Shown here piece after piece: positions 49,995 to 58,147 of a stretch of 64,000 nucleotides of DNA. How positions within the stretch are numbered: position 1 is the first letter of the stretch; each line of letters begins with the position of its first letter. The translations under genes and the position numbers were made by a program. A model generated the notes under the pieces. That model worked only from the letters and a program-made list of their open reading frames with translations, was not told where the DNA came from and ran no database searches. The DNA is from Pseudomonas aeruginosa PAO1 (lineage in GTDB: Bacteria > Pseudomonadota > Gammaproteobacteria > Pseudomonadales > Pseudomonadaceae), in the NCBI RefSeq assembly GCF_000006765.1, contig NC_002516.2. The stretch is one strand, 5' to 3'.

Positions 49995-50458
49995 GCGCGA
50001 ACCTGCACGGCCTGGAGTTCCCCGACGGGCTGTTCTACGCCCCGGACTACAACCTGTGGTTGCGCGAGGAAGTCGACGGCAGCCTGACCCTGGGCCTGAG
50101 CGCCTACGGCTGCGCGCTGTATGGCGAAATCTTCGCCTTCACCCCCAAGCGCGACGGCTGGCACATCGAACGCGACCGCAGCTTCGGCGTGGTCGAGTTC
50201 GCCAAGGCTGCCTCCTCGGCCCGCAGCCCGTTGGCCGGGACCCTGCTGGCGAGCAACCCGGCGGTGGTCAAGCGCCCGGCGCTGATCAACCGGGATTGCT
50301 ACGGCGAGGGCTGGATGGTACGGCTGCAACCGGACGACTGGGCCTCGGCGCGGAGCGCGTTTCTCCAGGGAGACGCGGCGCGGGAGGCATTCGCCGAGCG
50401 CATGCGCCTGGATGGGTTCGATCCGCAGCATCCAGGGGTGCAGGCACTGGACTTCTGA
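49991..50458 (+). CDS. Glycine-cleavage H-like lipoyl-carrier protein
   Basis: GVVEFAKAAS (lipoyl Lys), SPLAG and LINRDCYGEGW motifs. Confidence 0.87.
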   Translation: MSANLHGLEFPDGLFYAPDYNLWLREEVDGSLTLGLSAYGCALYGEIFAFTPKRDGWHIERDRSFGVVEFAKAASSARSPLAGTLLASNPAVVKRPALINRDCYGEGWMVRLQPDDWASARSAFLQGDAAREAFAERMRLDGFDPQHPGVQALDF

Positions 50459-50493
50459 GACTCCCGGGTTTTACCCGCACCCCGCTCGCGGAA

Positions 50494-50520
50494 GGCGGAT
50501 AACGCCGCTGGCGTTATTCG
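50494..50520 (-). repeat. 3' portion of a REP split by the IS insertion
   Basis: Minus strand CGAATAACGCCAGCGGCGTTATCCGCC; the missing 5' part GGTAGGGC lies at 51899-51892. Confidence 0.9.
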
Positions 50521-50577
50521 TATATGGACTCCTCCCGGTTTGCCAGTGTTTGTCTTGATTTCAAACCTGTGTACGAC

Positions 50578-50729
50578 TGCATCCGTATATCCGGCTTCAT
50601 GGAGTGGTGTTGCAACTCCCGAGCCCTGATGAAATGCGCGCCTGCATACCTGATCGCCCTAACGGCTTTGCTTCACTGCAGCAGGGAGCCCACGTATAAA
50701 CCAGGTTTCATGCAGGCCGGTTCGACCGG
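50578..50729 (-). ncRNA. Predicted bridge/seek guide RNA core in the IS 3' non-coding end (exact ends unknown)
   Basis: 5' hairpin plus two stem-internal-loop modules carrying target matches (TTATACG, TAGGGCGA) and donor matches (CATTTCAT, ATATAC). Confidence 0.75.
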
Positions 50730-50795
50730 TTCGTCATCATTGTCATTCACTGAGCAATCGTGGTGGATGTTTCAACTACGGTGTGGCAGGAACGC

Positions 50796-51812
50796 TCAAC
50801 CGGGCCGGTAGCATGTCTCCCGGCTGAGTAAAGCCCAAAGGATCCGGGCATTCTTGTTGGCCAGGGCAACGGCGACGACATTGGCAGGACGCCGTTGCAG
50901 CAGACCTTGCAGCCAGCGGCTGCGGGCATCGGTCTTGTTGGCGCAACAGCGCACGACTGCACGGGCGCCATGGATGAGCAAGGTCCGCAAGTAGGTATCG
51001 CCGCGCTTGCTGATGTTGCCCAAGCGCTGCTGCCCGCCCGTGGAGTGCTGCCGTGGCACCAGGCCCAGCCAGGCCGCAAACTGGCGGCCCGTGCGGAATT
51101 GCCGTGCATCACCGGCGGATGCCGCCACCGCGCTGGCGCTGATCGGGCCGATGCCTTCCACCGCCAGCAGGCGCTGGATGCGGGCATCGCCACGTACGTG
51201 AGCCTGAATCTGTCGCTCCAGTCGAGCGATGCGCGCCTCCAGCGTCTGCAATTCATCTTTCAATTCACGCAACAGCTCGCCCATCGGGGCCGGCAAGGGC
51301 GCCGGCTCGGTAGCCATGACCGTTTCGAGCAAGGCCATCGTCGCCGCTCGCCCACGTCGAGTCGCGATCAGCCCGAACTCACCCAGCAAGCCACGCACCT
51401 CATTGCACAACGCCGTGCGGGCCCGCACTAGACGACTGCGCACCCGATGCATCGACTGCACGGCCTGCTGCTCTGCGCTCTTCACCGGGACATAGCGCAT
51501 GCTCGGACGACTGGCGGCTTCGCAGATCGCCTCGGCGTCGTGTGCATCGTGCTTGTCACCCTTGACGTAGGGTTTTACGAACTGCGGTGCGATCAGGCGT
51601 ACCGTGTGGCCCAGCTCCCGCAACTCGCGCGCCCAGTAGTGCGCACTGCCGCAGGCCTCCATCGCCACCAGGCACGGCGGCAGTTGGCGAAAGAAATCCC
51701 GCACCTGTGCCCGCTTGAGTTGGCGACGACATACCACATGCTCGTGACGATCAACGCCGTGCACCTGGAATACTTGTTTTGCCAGATCCAGACCAATGCG
51801 ACTAAGGTTCAT
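50796..51812 (-). CDS. IS110/IS1111-family DEDD transposase/recombinase (338 aa)
   Basis: GLDLAK (D), AMEACG (E), KHDAHDA (D,D), GIGPISA HhH and GLVPRQHSTGG (catalytic Ser loop); purine-rich RBS before ATG 51812. Confidence 0.96.
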   Translation of the reverse strand: MNLSRIGLDLAKQVFQVHGVDRHEHVVCRRQLKRAQVRDFFRQLPPCLVAMEACGSAHYWARELRELGHTVRLIAPQFVKPYVKGDKHDAHDAEAICEAASRPSMRYVPVKSAEQQAVQSMHRVRSRLVRARTALCNEVRGLLGEFGLIATRRGRAATMALLETVMATEPAPLPAPMGELLRELKDELQTLEARIARLERQIQAHVRGDARIQRLLAVEGIGPISASAVAASAGDARQFRTGRQFAAWLGLVPRQHSTGGQQRLGNISKRGDTYLRTLLIHGARAVVRCCANKTDARSRWLQGLLQRRPANVVAVALANKNARILWALLSRETCYRPG

Positions 51813-51946
51813 GCTGACTCCCCCTCCGGGACTTGTGGCTGCACCATTAGTCTGGCGCTTGACGCCGTAGGAGGGAGGAGTCCATTTCATTGCCCTACCC
51901 CAGCTCTCCATCGCCGCCAATCTCCCGCATATCCCCGGAGTCCGCC

Positions 51947-52675
51947 ATGTCCTCACCCCAACCGCCCCGCTTCGACGGCCAACGCTGGAGCAACGCCGAC
52001 GACGACCGCATCGAGGTGCTGCCTGCCGACCCCGCCTGGCCACAACACTTCGCCGCCGAAGCCGAGGCCATCCGCACGGCGCTGGCGCTGCCCGGGCTGG
52101 GCATCGAGCATGTCGGCAGCACCGCGGTGCCCGGGCTCGACGCCAAGCCGATCATCGACATCCTCCTGCTGCCGCCGCCCGGCCACGATCCGCAGCGGCT
52201 GGTAGCCCCGCTGGAGGGCCTCGGCTACCAGTTCTGGCGCGAGAACCCGAACACCCAGCGGATGTTCTTCGTCAAAGGCATGCCGCCCTTCGGCCATGGC
52301 CGCACCCACCATGTCCATGTCATGCCCCTGGCCCAGGCCGACCGCTACCTGCTGTTCCGCGACTGGCTGCGCAACCACCCCGACGACGCCCGCCTCTACG
52401 CCGAAACCAAGCACGCCCTGGCCCGCCGCTACCCCACCGACCGCGAGGCCTATACCCGTGGCAAGGACGAGGTCGTCGCAAGGATTCTCGGCCGGGCGCT
52501 GGCGGCGACGCGGCACCCAATGATACAGAGTGGCCTGGTAAGGGGAGAACGCGAAATGCACGCCAGGGAACTGCGTGAAACGCTGGTCGCCGGCGCGGAA
52601 TCGACGCCAGGCGGCCCCGCCGATACAGCCTATTTCGAGTCGCTGCGCAGCCGGGTAAGCAAGCCCCAGGACTGA
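51947..52675 (+). CDS. GrpB-family protein with a ParD-like C-terminal tail
   Basis: IEHVGSTAVPGLDAKPIIDI, HHVHV, FRDWLR and YTRGK motifs. Confidence 0.88.
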   Translation: MSSPQPPRFDGQRWSNADDDRIEVLPADPAWPQHFAAEAEAIRTALALPGLGIEHVGSTAVPGLDAKPIIDILLLPPPGHDPQRLVAPLEGLGYQFWRENPNTQRMFFVKGMPPFGHGRTHHVHVMPLAQADRYLLFRDWLRNHPDDARLYAETKHALARRYPTDREAYTRGKDEVVARILGRALAATRHPMIQSGLVRGEREMHARELRETLVAGAESTPGGPADTAYFESLRSRVSKPQD

Positions 52676-52697
52676 GGCGGATAGCGTGCTTCGCTCA

Positions 52698-53276
52698 CTA
52701 CTGCGACTGTGCGAGCGCGGCTTCCACCAACCTCTCGATCACCTCCCCCACCCTCCCCGGCTCGCCAACCTCCACCCAGCGCAAATGCGCGAACCGCGGA
52801 TCCTCGCGCAGGCCGGTGTATTTGCGGCGGTTGCCTGCGAAGGTGGTCCATGACCAGAGCAGGATCGAATCCCTGGAGCAGAACGCCATCCGCAGCGATT
52901 CACGGTTGCCGTGGGACAGGCGGGTGCGCAGCAGGCCCCGGGCCAGGGTGCGGCGAAGGACCCGGGAGAACACCGTCCAGCGCCCGAAATTCAGCCATAC
53001 CACGTGGGTGGCGCGGCCCCAGAGCAACTCGCGGACGGCGCTGTAGTTGCCGTCGGCGACCCAGCGCGGCGCCGTCGTCGCCCGCTCCACGGCGTGCTCG
53101 AAGCGTTCGTGGGGCACGGCTTGCCAGCCGGGGCCCCAGTAGAGTCGGTCGAGTTCGACATGCGTACAACCCAGCCTGGCGGCCAGCGCGGCGGAGAAGG
53201 TCGACTTCCCGGCCCCGCTGGTGCCGACCACCACCACACGCAGCGGCGCGCCTCGCTCGGCCTCGACGCAGGTCAT
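52698..53276 (-). CDS. P-loop kinase (adenylate kinase-like / FlaR-type)
   Basis: VVGTSGAGKST, ELDRLYW and WVADGNY; ATGA overlap with the upstream methyltransferase. Confidence 0.85.
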   Translation of the reverse strand: MTCVEAERGAPLRVVVVGTSGAGKSTFSAALAARLGCTHVELDRLYWGPGWQAVPHERFEHAVERATTAPRWVADGNYSAVRELLWGRATHVVWLNFGRWTVFSRVLRRTLARGLLRTRLSHGNRESLRMAFCSRDSILLWSWTTFAGNRRKYTGLREDPRFAHLRWVEVGEPGRVGEVIERLVEAALAQSQ

Positions 53277-54073
53277 GCCTTGACCGCGACCAGCGTGTAG
53301 CACATCGGGATCGCCAGCGGTCCGTCCTCGTAGAGGTCGTAGAGTTCCTCGCGGTTCGAGTGCGGGTACTCCTTGAAGTGACTCAGGCGCAGGCCGGCGC
53401 CGAGCAGCCCGCCGAGGATGTCGCCGAGCGGGTGGACGTACCAGTAGCTGGCGATGCCGGTATCGCTGCCGCTGCCTTCGTAGACGATGGCCTCCCGGGA
53501 TACGTGGGGCGTGTCGGTGAAGTAGTCGTTGCGCAGTTCGAACGGTCGCTCCGACTCGGGTTCGAGCATCTCCAGGAACGGGTGGGTCTCATAGATCGCC
53601 AATTGCCCGCCCGGCTTCAGCAGGCCGCTCACCGAGGCGAAGAAGCGCGCGATGTCGGGCATCCAGTTGAGCACACCGATGGTGATCAGCAGCAGGTCGA
53701 ACTGACCGTTCAGCTCGGCCGGCAGCTCGTAGGCATTGGCTTCGACGAAACGCGGCTGATGCGGCGAGCGCTCGGCCAGTTGCCGCGCCTGGGCGAGGAA
53801 GGCGGCGGACTGGTCGATCCCCACCGCCCGCGCGACGCCGAAGGCGTACAGCGAAAGCACTTCCCGGCCGTTGTTGCAGCCGACCTGGACCGCCGCCTTG
53901 CCGGCCAGGTCCAGATTGCGCAGCACGCCAGCCAGGGTCTCGTCCAGGCAACTGAAGCCGGTTTCCTGTACCGCCAGCGACAATTCCTGCCAGCCGCCGC
54001 CACGCAGGTGACTGTCGGCGGACGCGTCCCAAGCGCGTCGGTTGCTTTCCACCGCGTGTTCAAGATCCGTCAT
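53273..54073 (-). CDS. Class I SAM-dependent methyltransferase
   Basis: QVGCNNGRE, GIDQS, FDLLLITIGVLNW and YETHP motifs. Confidence 0.88.
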   Translation of the reverse strand: MTDLEHAVESNRRAWDASADSHLRGGGWQELSLAVQETGFSCLDETLAGVLRNLDLAGKAAVQVGCNNGREVLSLYAFGVARAVGIDQSAAFLAQARQLAERSPHQPRFVEANAYELPAELNGQFDLLLITIGVLNWMPDIARFFASVSGLLKPGGQLAIYETHPFLEMLEPESERPFELRNDYFTDTPHVSREAIVYEGSGSDTGIASYWYVHPLGDILGGLLGAGLRLSHFKEYPHSNREELYDLYEDGPLAIPMCYTLVAVKA

Positions 54074-54368
54074 GCGAAAACCTCAGAAGTGTTCCCAGGA
54101 AGGCCAGCCGAGTCGCGAACCCGCAGCCCACTCAATCGCGGAATTGCAGCCCGATATGGGCTCGGCAGTCGCGTCGTTCCAGGCTGACTTCCTGGAAAGC
54201 GCCGCAGGCGCGGTTTCTCAGAGGCAGCGTCTGTTCCACCACGGTCACCCGCACCTCGTTCGCCGGTTGGCGCTGCTCGGCGGGTCGCGGCGCCTGACGC
54301 CGGCCGTTCAGGTTGTCGGCCCCGCCTGGCGGGATGCGCCGGCGCGTCGCGGCGATCCGCCTGCATGC

Positions 54369-54737
54369 TCAATAGAGACCGGTGGCGCTGCCCCGCTCGA
54401 ACAGCGGCACCTGGTTGGCCAGGATCATGTTGTAGCTGAGCATGAACGGCACCCCGCCGCCGCTTTCGGCGATCTGGCCTACCCAGCCGATGGGGTTGTT
54501 GAACAGCGATTCGTCGGGGCTGAGCACGCCGACGGCGGCGCTGTCCGGGTCGCCGTCCCAGGTCACGTCGCCCCAGTGCCAGCCGAGGCCACGCACGTAC
54601 TGCGCGCCGATCAGCGCGCCGAGGGCGAAGACCGCCTCGTCGTCGAGGCTGCGCCCCTGCTCCCTCGCATCGCGCACGTAGTCGGTGACGGCGGCGACGA
54701 TCTGCGCCGGCGTCTCGTCCGCGGCGACGCCAAGCAA
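54369..54737 (-). CDS. Hypothetical protein; the true start may be upstream (ACG at 54809)
   Basis: Open frame with host-like codon usage; the frame stays open upstream to 54866. Confidence 0.65.
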   Translation of the reverse strand: MLGVAADETPAQIVAAVTDYVRDAREQGRSLDDEAVFALGALIGAQYVRGLGWHWGDVTWDGDPDSAAVGVLSPDESLFNNPIGWVGQIAESGGGVPFMLSYNMILANQVPLFERGSATGLY

Positions 54738-54999
54738 GGCGAGCCCCTGTGCCTGCAGCTCCGCCAGTTGCTGTTGCAGGTCCGTTGAAAGCGGATTGAT
54801 CTCGGCCGTCCCTGTTCTCCCGAGGCAAGCGTGCGCACCCGTCCGTCGGGCGCGCCATGAAGCGCGTTATCTTACGGCTTCGCGGCGACGAAAGCGCCCT
54901 CCCCAGCCAAACGTAGCGCAGCCGCTAATCGCCTCTTCCCGGAAATGCTGCCTTCGGCTCTACTGGCGAATTTGTGCCATCCATACCCGAGACAGCCCC

Positions 55000-55722
55000 A
55001 TGACGCTGATCGCCGCCGCCCAGAGCTGCGCCCACCCCGCCGACCTGCCACGCAACCTCGACGACCACCTGCGCCTGATGCGTATCGCCCAGGCACGGGG
55101 CGTGCGCCTGCTGGTGTTTCCCGAACTGTCGCTCACCGGCTACGAACCCACCGCTGCCGCCGCCCTCGCCCAGCCGGCGGACACGCCCCTGCTGCAACCG
55201 CTGCGCCAGCTCGCCGAGCAGGCACGGATGACCACGGTGGTCGGCCTGCCGCTGCGCTCGCCGAAGCATGCCAAGCCGCTGATCGCCGCCCTGATCCTCG
55301 GAGCCGACGGCAGCCTCGGCGTCTATGCCAAGCAGCACCTGCACGCGGGCGAGGAACGCCACTTCTCAGCCGGCGACGGCGGCCCCCTGCTGGAGATCGA
55401 CGGCCTGCCGATGGCGTTGGCGGTCTGCGCCGACTTCAGCCAACCCAGCCACCCGGCCCACGCCGCCCGTGCCGGCGCTCGCCTCTACATCGCCAGCGCG
55501 CTGATCGGAGAAAACGGCTACCCGGCCGACTCGGCCCTACTGGCCGGTTATGCCCGCGAGCACGGAATGGGCGTGCTGCTGGCCAACCATGGCGGGCCGA
55601 CGGGTGGCTGGAAGGCGGCGGGCAGGAGTGCGTTTTGGAATGAGCGGGGAGCGCTGGTCAGGGAGACGACGGGGACGGGTGAGACGCTGCTTCTGCTGGA
55701 ACGGACCGAGATAGACGCTTGA
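55000..55722 (+). CDS. Carbon-nitrogen hydrolase (nitrilase superfamily)
   Basis: E-K-C triad: FPELS, YAKQHL, VCADF. Confidence 0.9.
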   Translation: MTLIAAAQSCAHPADLPRNLDDHLRLMRIAQARGVRLLVFPELSLTGYEPTAAAALAQPADTPLLQPLRQLAEQARMTTVVGLPLRSPKHAKPLIAALILGADGSLGVYAKQHLHAGEERHFSAGDGGPLLEIDGLPMALAVCADFSQPSHPAHAARAGARLYIASALIGENGYPADSALLAGYAREHGMGVLLANHGGPTGGWKAAGRSAFWNERGALVRETTGTGETLLLLERTEIDA

Positions 55723-55762
55723 TCCTGTGAGACACGATGGCCGCCGAAAGCGAGCGGAGAAT

Positions 55763-55858
55763 TGGCGGAAGGCAGTGGGAGTCGAACCCACCCAGGAACG
55801 GCTGCCGTCCCCCACCGGATTTGAAGTCCGGCCACGCCACCGGGCGTGATTGCCTTCC
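55763..55858 (-). tRNA. selC: tRNA-Sec (TCA)
   Basis: 96 nt GGAAGGCAATC...GGACTTCAAATCC...GGTTCGACTCC...CTTCCGCCA with long variable arm; close to selAB. Confidence 0.95.
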
Positions 55859-55989
55859 TCTTTGATTTGCAAGAGGTTTTCCTCGAGACGGGAGCTTATC
55901 AGGCCGGGGTCCGAAGAAGAAATGCCGGATGTCATGGAAAGTCGTTCGCATGGCCGGGCGAGCAGAGCGTAGCCCAGCCTCGGAGCACT

Positions 55990-56607
55990 TCACAGGCGTT
56001 TCAGGCAATGGCAGTAGACGAAGTGCTGGACCCGGCCGGCGGGAGTGACGTGGTGTTCGTCGCGGTGCTCGGTGAGCTGGAAGGCGGAGCCGAACTCGGC
56101 GTGCAGTTCGTCGGCGTCGTAGCGCATGACTGGCAGGCCGCTGCATTCGGTCGGGCCGTCGGCGGCGAAGGTGGCGACGATCACGTGGCCGCCGTGGCGG
56201 ACCGCCTTCATCACCTGGCGCACGTAGGCGCGGCGGGCTTCGGCAGTGGTAAGGAAGTGGAACACGGCGCGGTCGTGCCAGACATCGTAGGTGGCTTCCG
56301 GCAGGTCGACGCCGGTAATGTCGCCGGCGATCCAGCGCACCTCTTCGCCGCGCGCGCCGAGGCGGTTGCGGGCGACACGCAGGGCGGCGTCGGAAAGGTC
56401 GAGCACCGTCAGGTCGCCGAAGCCTTCGGCGAGCAGGCCGTCGACCAGGGTCGAGGCGCCGCCGCCGACATCGATGATCGCCGCCTCGCGGGGCGCGCCG
56501 ATGCGTCGGATCAGGTCGAGAGACAGCGTGGCCTCGGCCTGGAACCAGCTCACCGCGTCGGACGGCTTGCTCTCGTATACCCGTTGCCAGTGCTCTCGTT
56601 CGGACAT
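55990..56607 (-). CDS. Class I SAM-dependent methyltransferase
   Basis: VSWFQ, IIDVGGGAS, VLDLS and WHDRAVFHFL motifs. Confidence 0.88.
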   Translation of the reverse strand: MSEREHWQRVYESKPSDAVSWFQAEATLSLDLIRRIGAPREAAIIDVGGGASTLVDGLLAEGFGDLTVLDLSDAALRVARNRLGARGEEVRWIAGDITGVDLPEATYDVWHDRAVFHFLTTAEARRAYVRQVMKAVRHGGHVIVATFAADGPTECSGLPVMRYDADELHAEFGSAFQLTEHRDEHHVTPAGRVQHFVYCHCLKRL

Positions 56608-56701
56608 GACGACCTTCTCCGTGTTGCGCTGCGACCCATTACCCACCAAGGGCGTTAACGGCACATTAACGCCATAGGCGGTGTTGCGACAGGGCCGCTC
56701 C

Positions 56702-58099
56702 TCAACCGTAGGCACCGCGCAGTGACATCACGCCGCGCCTTCGCGCCGCCTGGCGGATCAGCAGTTCGCCCACGGCCAGGGCCAGCGCCACGCCGCCGAC
56801 GATCTTGCCGGCGTAGGCCCAGTCCATCGGCGCGCCGGGGGTGACGACGAACAGGCAGATGCCGGCCAGCACATGCAGCGCGACGAACAGCGCCCAGAGA
56901 CTGGCCAGGCGGTCGCCCAGCGGCATCCGGTAGGGCCGTGGACGCGGGTCGGCGCGGCGCAGGCGGACGAAGGCCAGGCACATCAGCACATAGGGCATCA
57001 TGAAAACCATGGCGAAGATCGACAGCAGGGTCCAGAACAGTTCCTCGGCAGTGTGCGCCACCAGGCCGTAGAGCAGCAGCAGGACGATGCTCACCGCCGA
57101 GGCCAGCACCGCCGAGCCGATCGGCGTGCCGTGGCGCGAATGGACCACGCCGAACAGCGCCGGCAGCTCGCCGGCCTTGGCCGCTTCCACCGCGGCACGG
57201 TTGGTGCCCATGCTCCAGGTGACCATGTTGGTGAAGAGGGTGAACAGGACGAAGGCGCCGACCAGGTCGGCGAGCATCCCGCCGGCGCCGTCGTGGCCGT
57301 AGATGTTGTAGAGGGTATGGGCGAAGATCCGGGTGACGTCGGTTTCCTCGGCCGGTACCGCGGCCAGCACGCCGAGGGTGCCGAAGATGTTGAAGGCGCC
57401 GACGATCAGCCCGGAGATCAGCACCGCGCGCGGGATGTCGCGGCGCGCGTTGCGCATCTCCGCGGCGCTGCAACAGGCCAGCTCGGTCCCCATGATGCCA
57501 TAGACCATCACTCCCAGCGCGGCCATCTGGCCCGGCGAGGACGGGACGATGGAGTCCAGGCTGAAGTCGTTGGCGAAGCCATGGTTCCAGCCGAAGTGCA
57601 GGCCGCCGACGCCCAGGGCGAGCACCGCGAGCAGCTTGAGCAGCGCGCCGAGGTTCGGCAGCCACTTGCCCAGGCGCAGCGCGACCACGTTGAACGCCGC
57701 GGTGAGCAGCGCCAGGGCGATGCCGATGGCGATCTTGCCCCAGAGGCTCAGCTCGGGGAAATAGAAGGCGCCGAGCATGCTGCCGAACAGGGTGTAGACC
57801 GAAGGCATCCACAGTGCGTTGTTGACCCAGTACATCCATGACACCCGGGCCCCCCAGCGGAAGCCGAAGGCGCTGCGCACCCAGTGGTAGACGCCGCCGT
57901 TGGCGGGGAAGGCGGTGCCCAGCTCGGAGGTCATCATGGCCATCGGCAGGAACAGCAGGACCAGCACGTAGAGCCACCAGAACAGGCTCGACGGACCGAG
58001 GGAGGAAGCCAGGGCGATCTGGTCCATGAAGAGCATCGCCGAGACCGTGTAGAGCACCACATCGCGCAACCGCAGGACCTTGTTCTTGTTGTCGTCCAT
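56702..58099 (-). CDS. APC-family amino-acid/polyamine permease
   Basis: About 12 TM segments; ELGTAFPANGGVYHWV and RPYRMP motifs. Confidence 0.92.
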   Translation of the reverse strand: MDDNKNKVLRLRDVVLYTVSAMLFMDQIALASSLGPSSLFWWLYVLVLLFLPMAMMTSELGTAFPANGGVYHWVRSAFGFRWGARVSWMYWVNNALWMPSVYTLFGSMLGAFYFPELSLWGKIAIGIALALLTAAFNVVALRLGKWLPNLGALLKLLAVLALGVGGLHFGWNHGFANDFSLDSIVPSSPGQMAALGVMVYGIMGTELACCSAAEMRNARRDIPRAVLISGLIVGAFNIFGTLGVLAAVPAEETDVTRIFAHTLYNIYGHDGAGGMLADLVGAFVLFTLFTNMVTWSMGTNRAAVEAAKAGELPALFGVVHSRHGTPIGSAVLASAVSIVLLLLYGLVAHTAEELFWTLLSIFAMVFMMPYVLMCLAFVRLRRADPRPRPYRMPLGDRLASLWALFVALHVLAGICLFVVTPGAPMDWAYAGKIVGGVALALAVGELLIRQAARRRGVMSLRGAYG

Positions 58100-58147
58100 T
58101 GGGGTTCTCCTGAATGTTCGGGTGGGGCGCCGGCGGCGCCCCGGCGC

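Larger units (their letters stand above)
50521..51892 (-). mobile_element. IS110-superfamily, IS1111-type insertion sequence (probably ISPa11)
   Basis: Perfect 13 bp sub-terminal inverted repeats ATGGACTCCTCCC (50524-50536 and 51873-51885), a DEDD transposase, a 275 bp downstream non-coding end and flanks that rejoin into an intact REP. Confidence 0.95.

Noticed and set aside
50796-52043. 415-aa version of the transposase starting outside the IS
   Set aside because: The extension crosses the IS left end into flanking DNA; the ATG at 51812 has a strong RBS and gives a typical IS110 N-terminus
54132-54371. In-frame 78-codon extension after the TGA of the hypothetical gene, with a GC hairpin just after it (possible selenocysteine read-through near selC)
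   Set aside because: There is no redox or Cys-homologous context, the extension looks non-coding, and such hairpins are common at this GC content; it would need orthologues with Cys at this position
55763-55790. Genomic island integrated at the selC 3' end
   Set aside because: No integrase and no duplicated tRNA 3' fragment (attR) were found in the window
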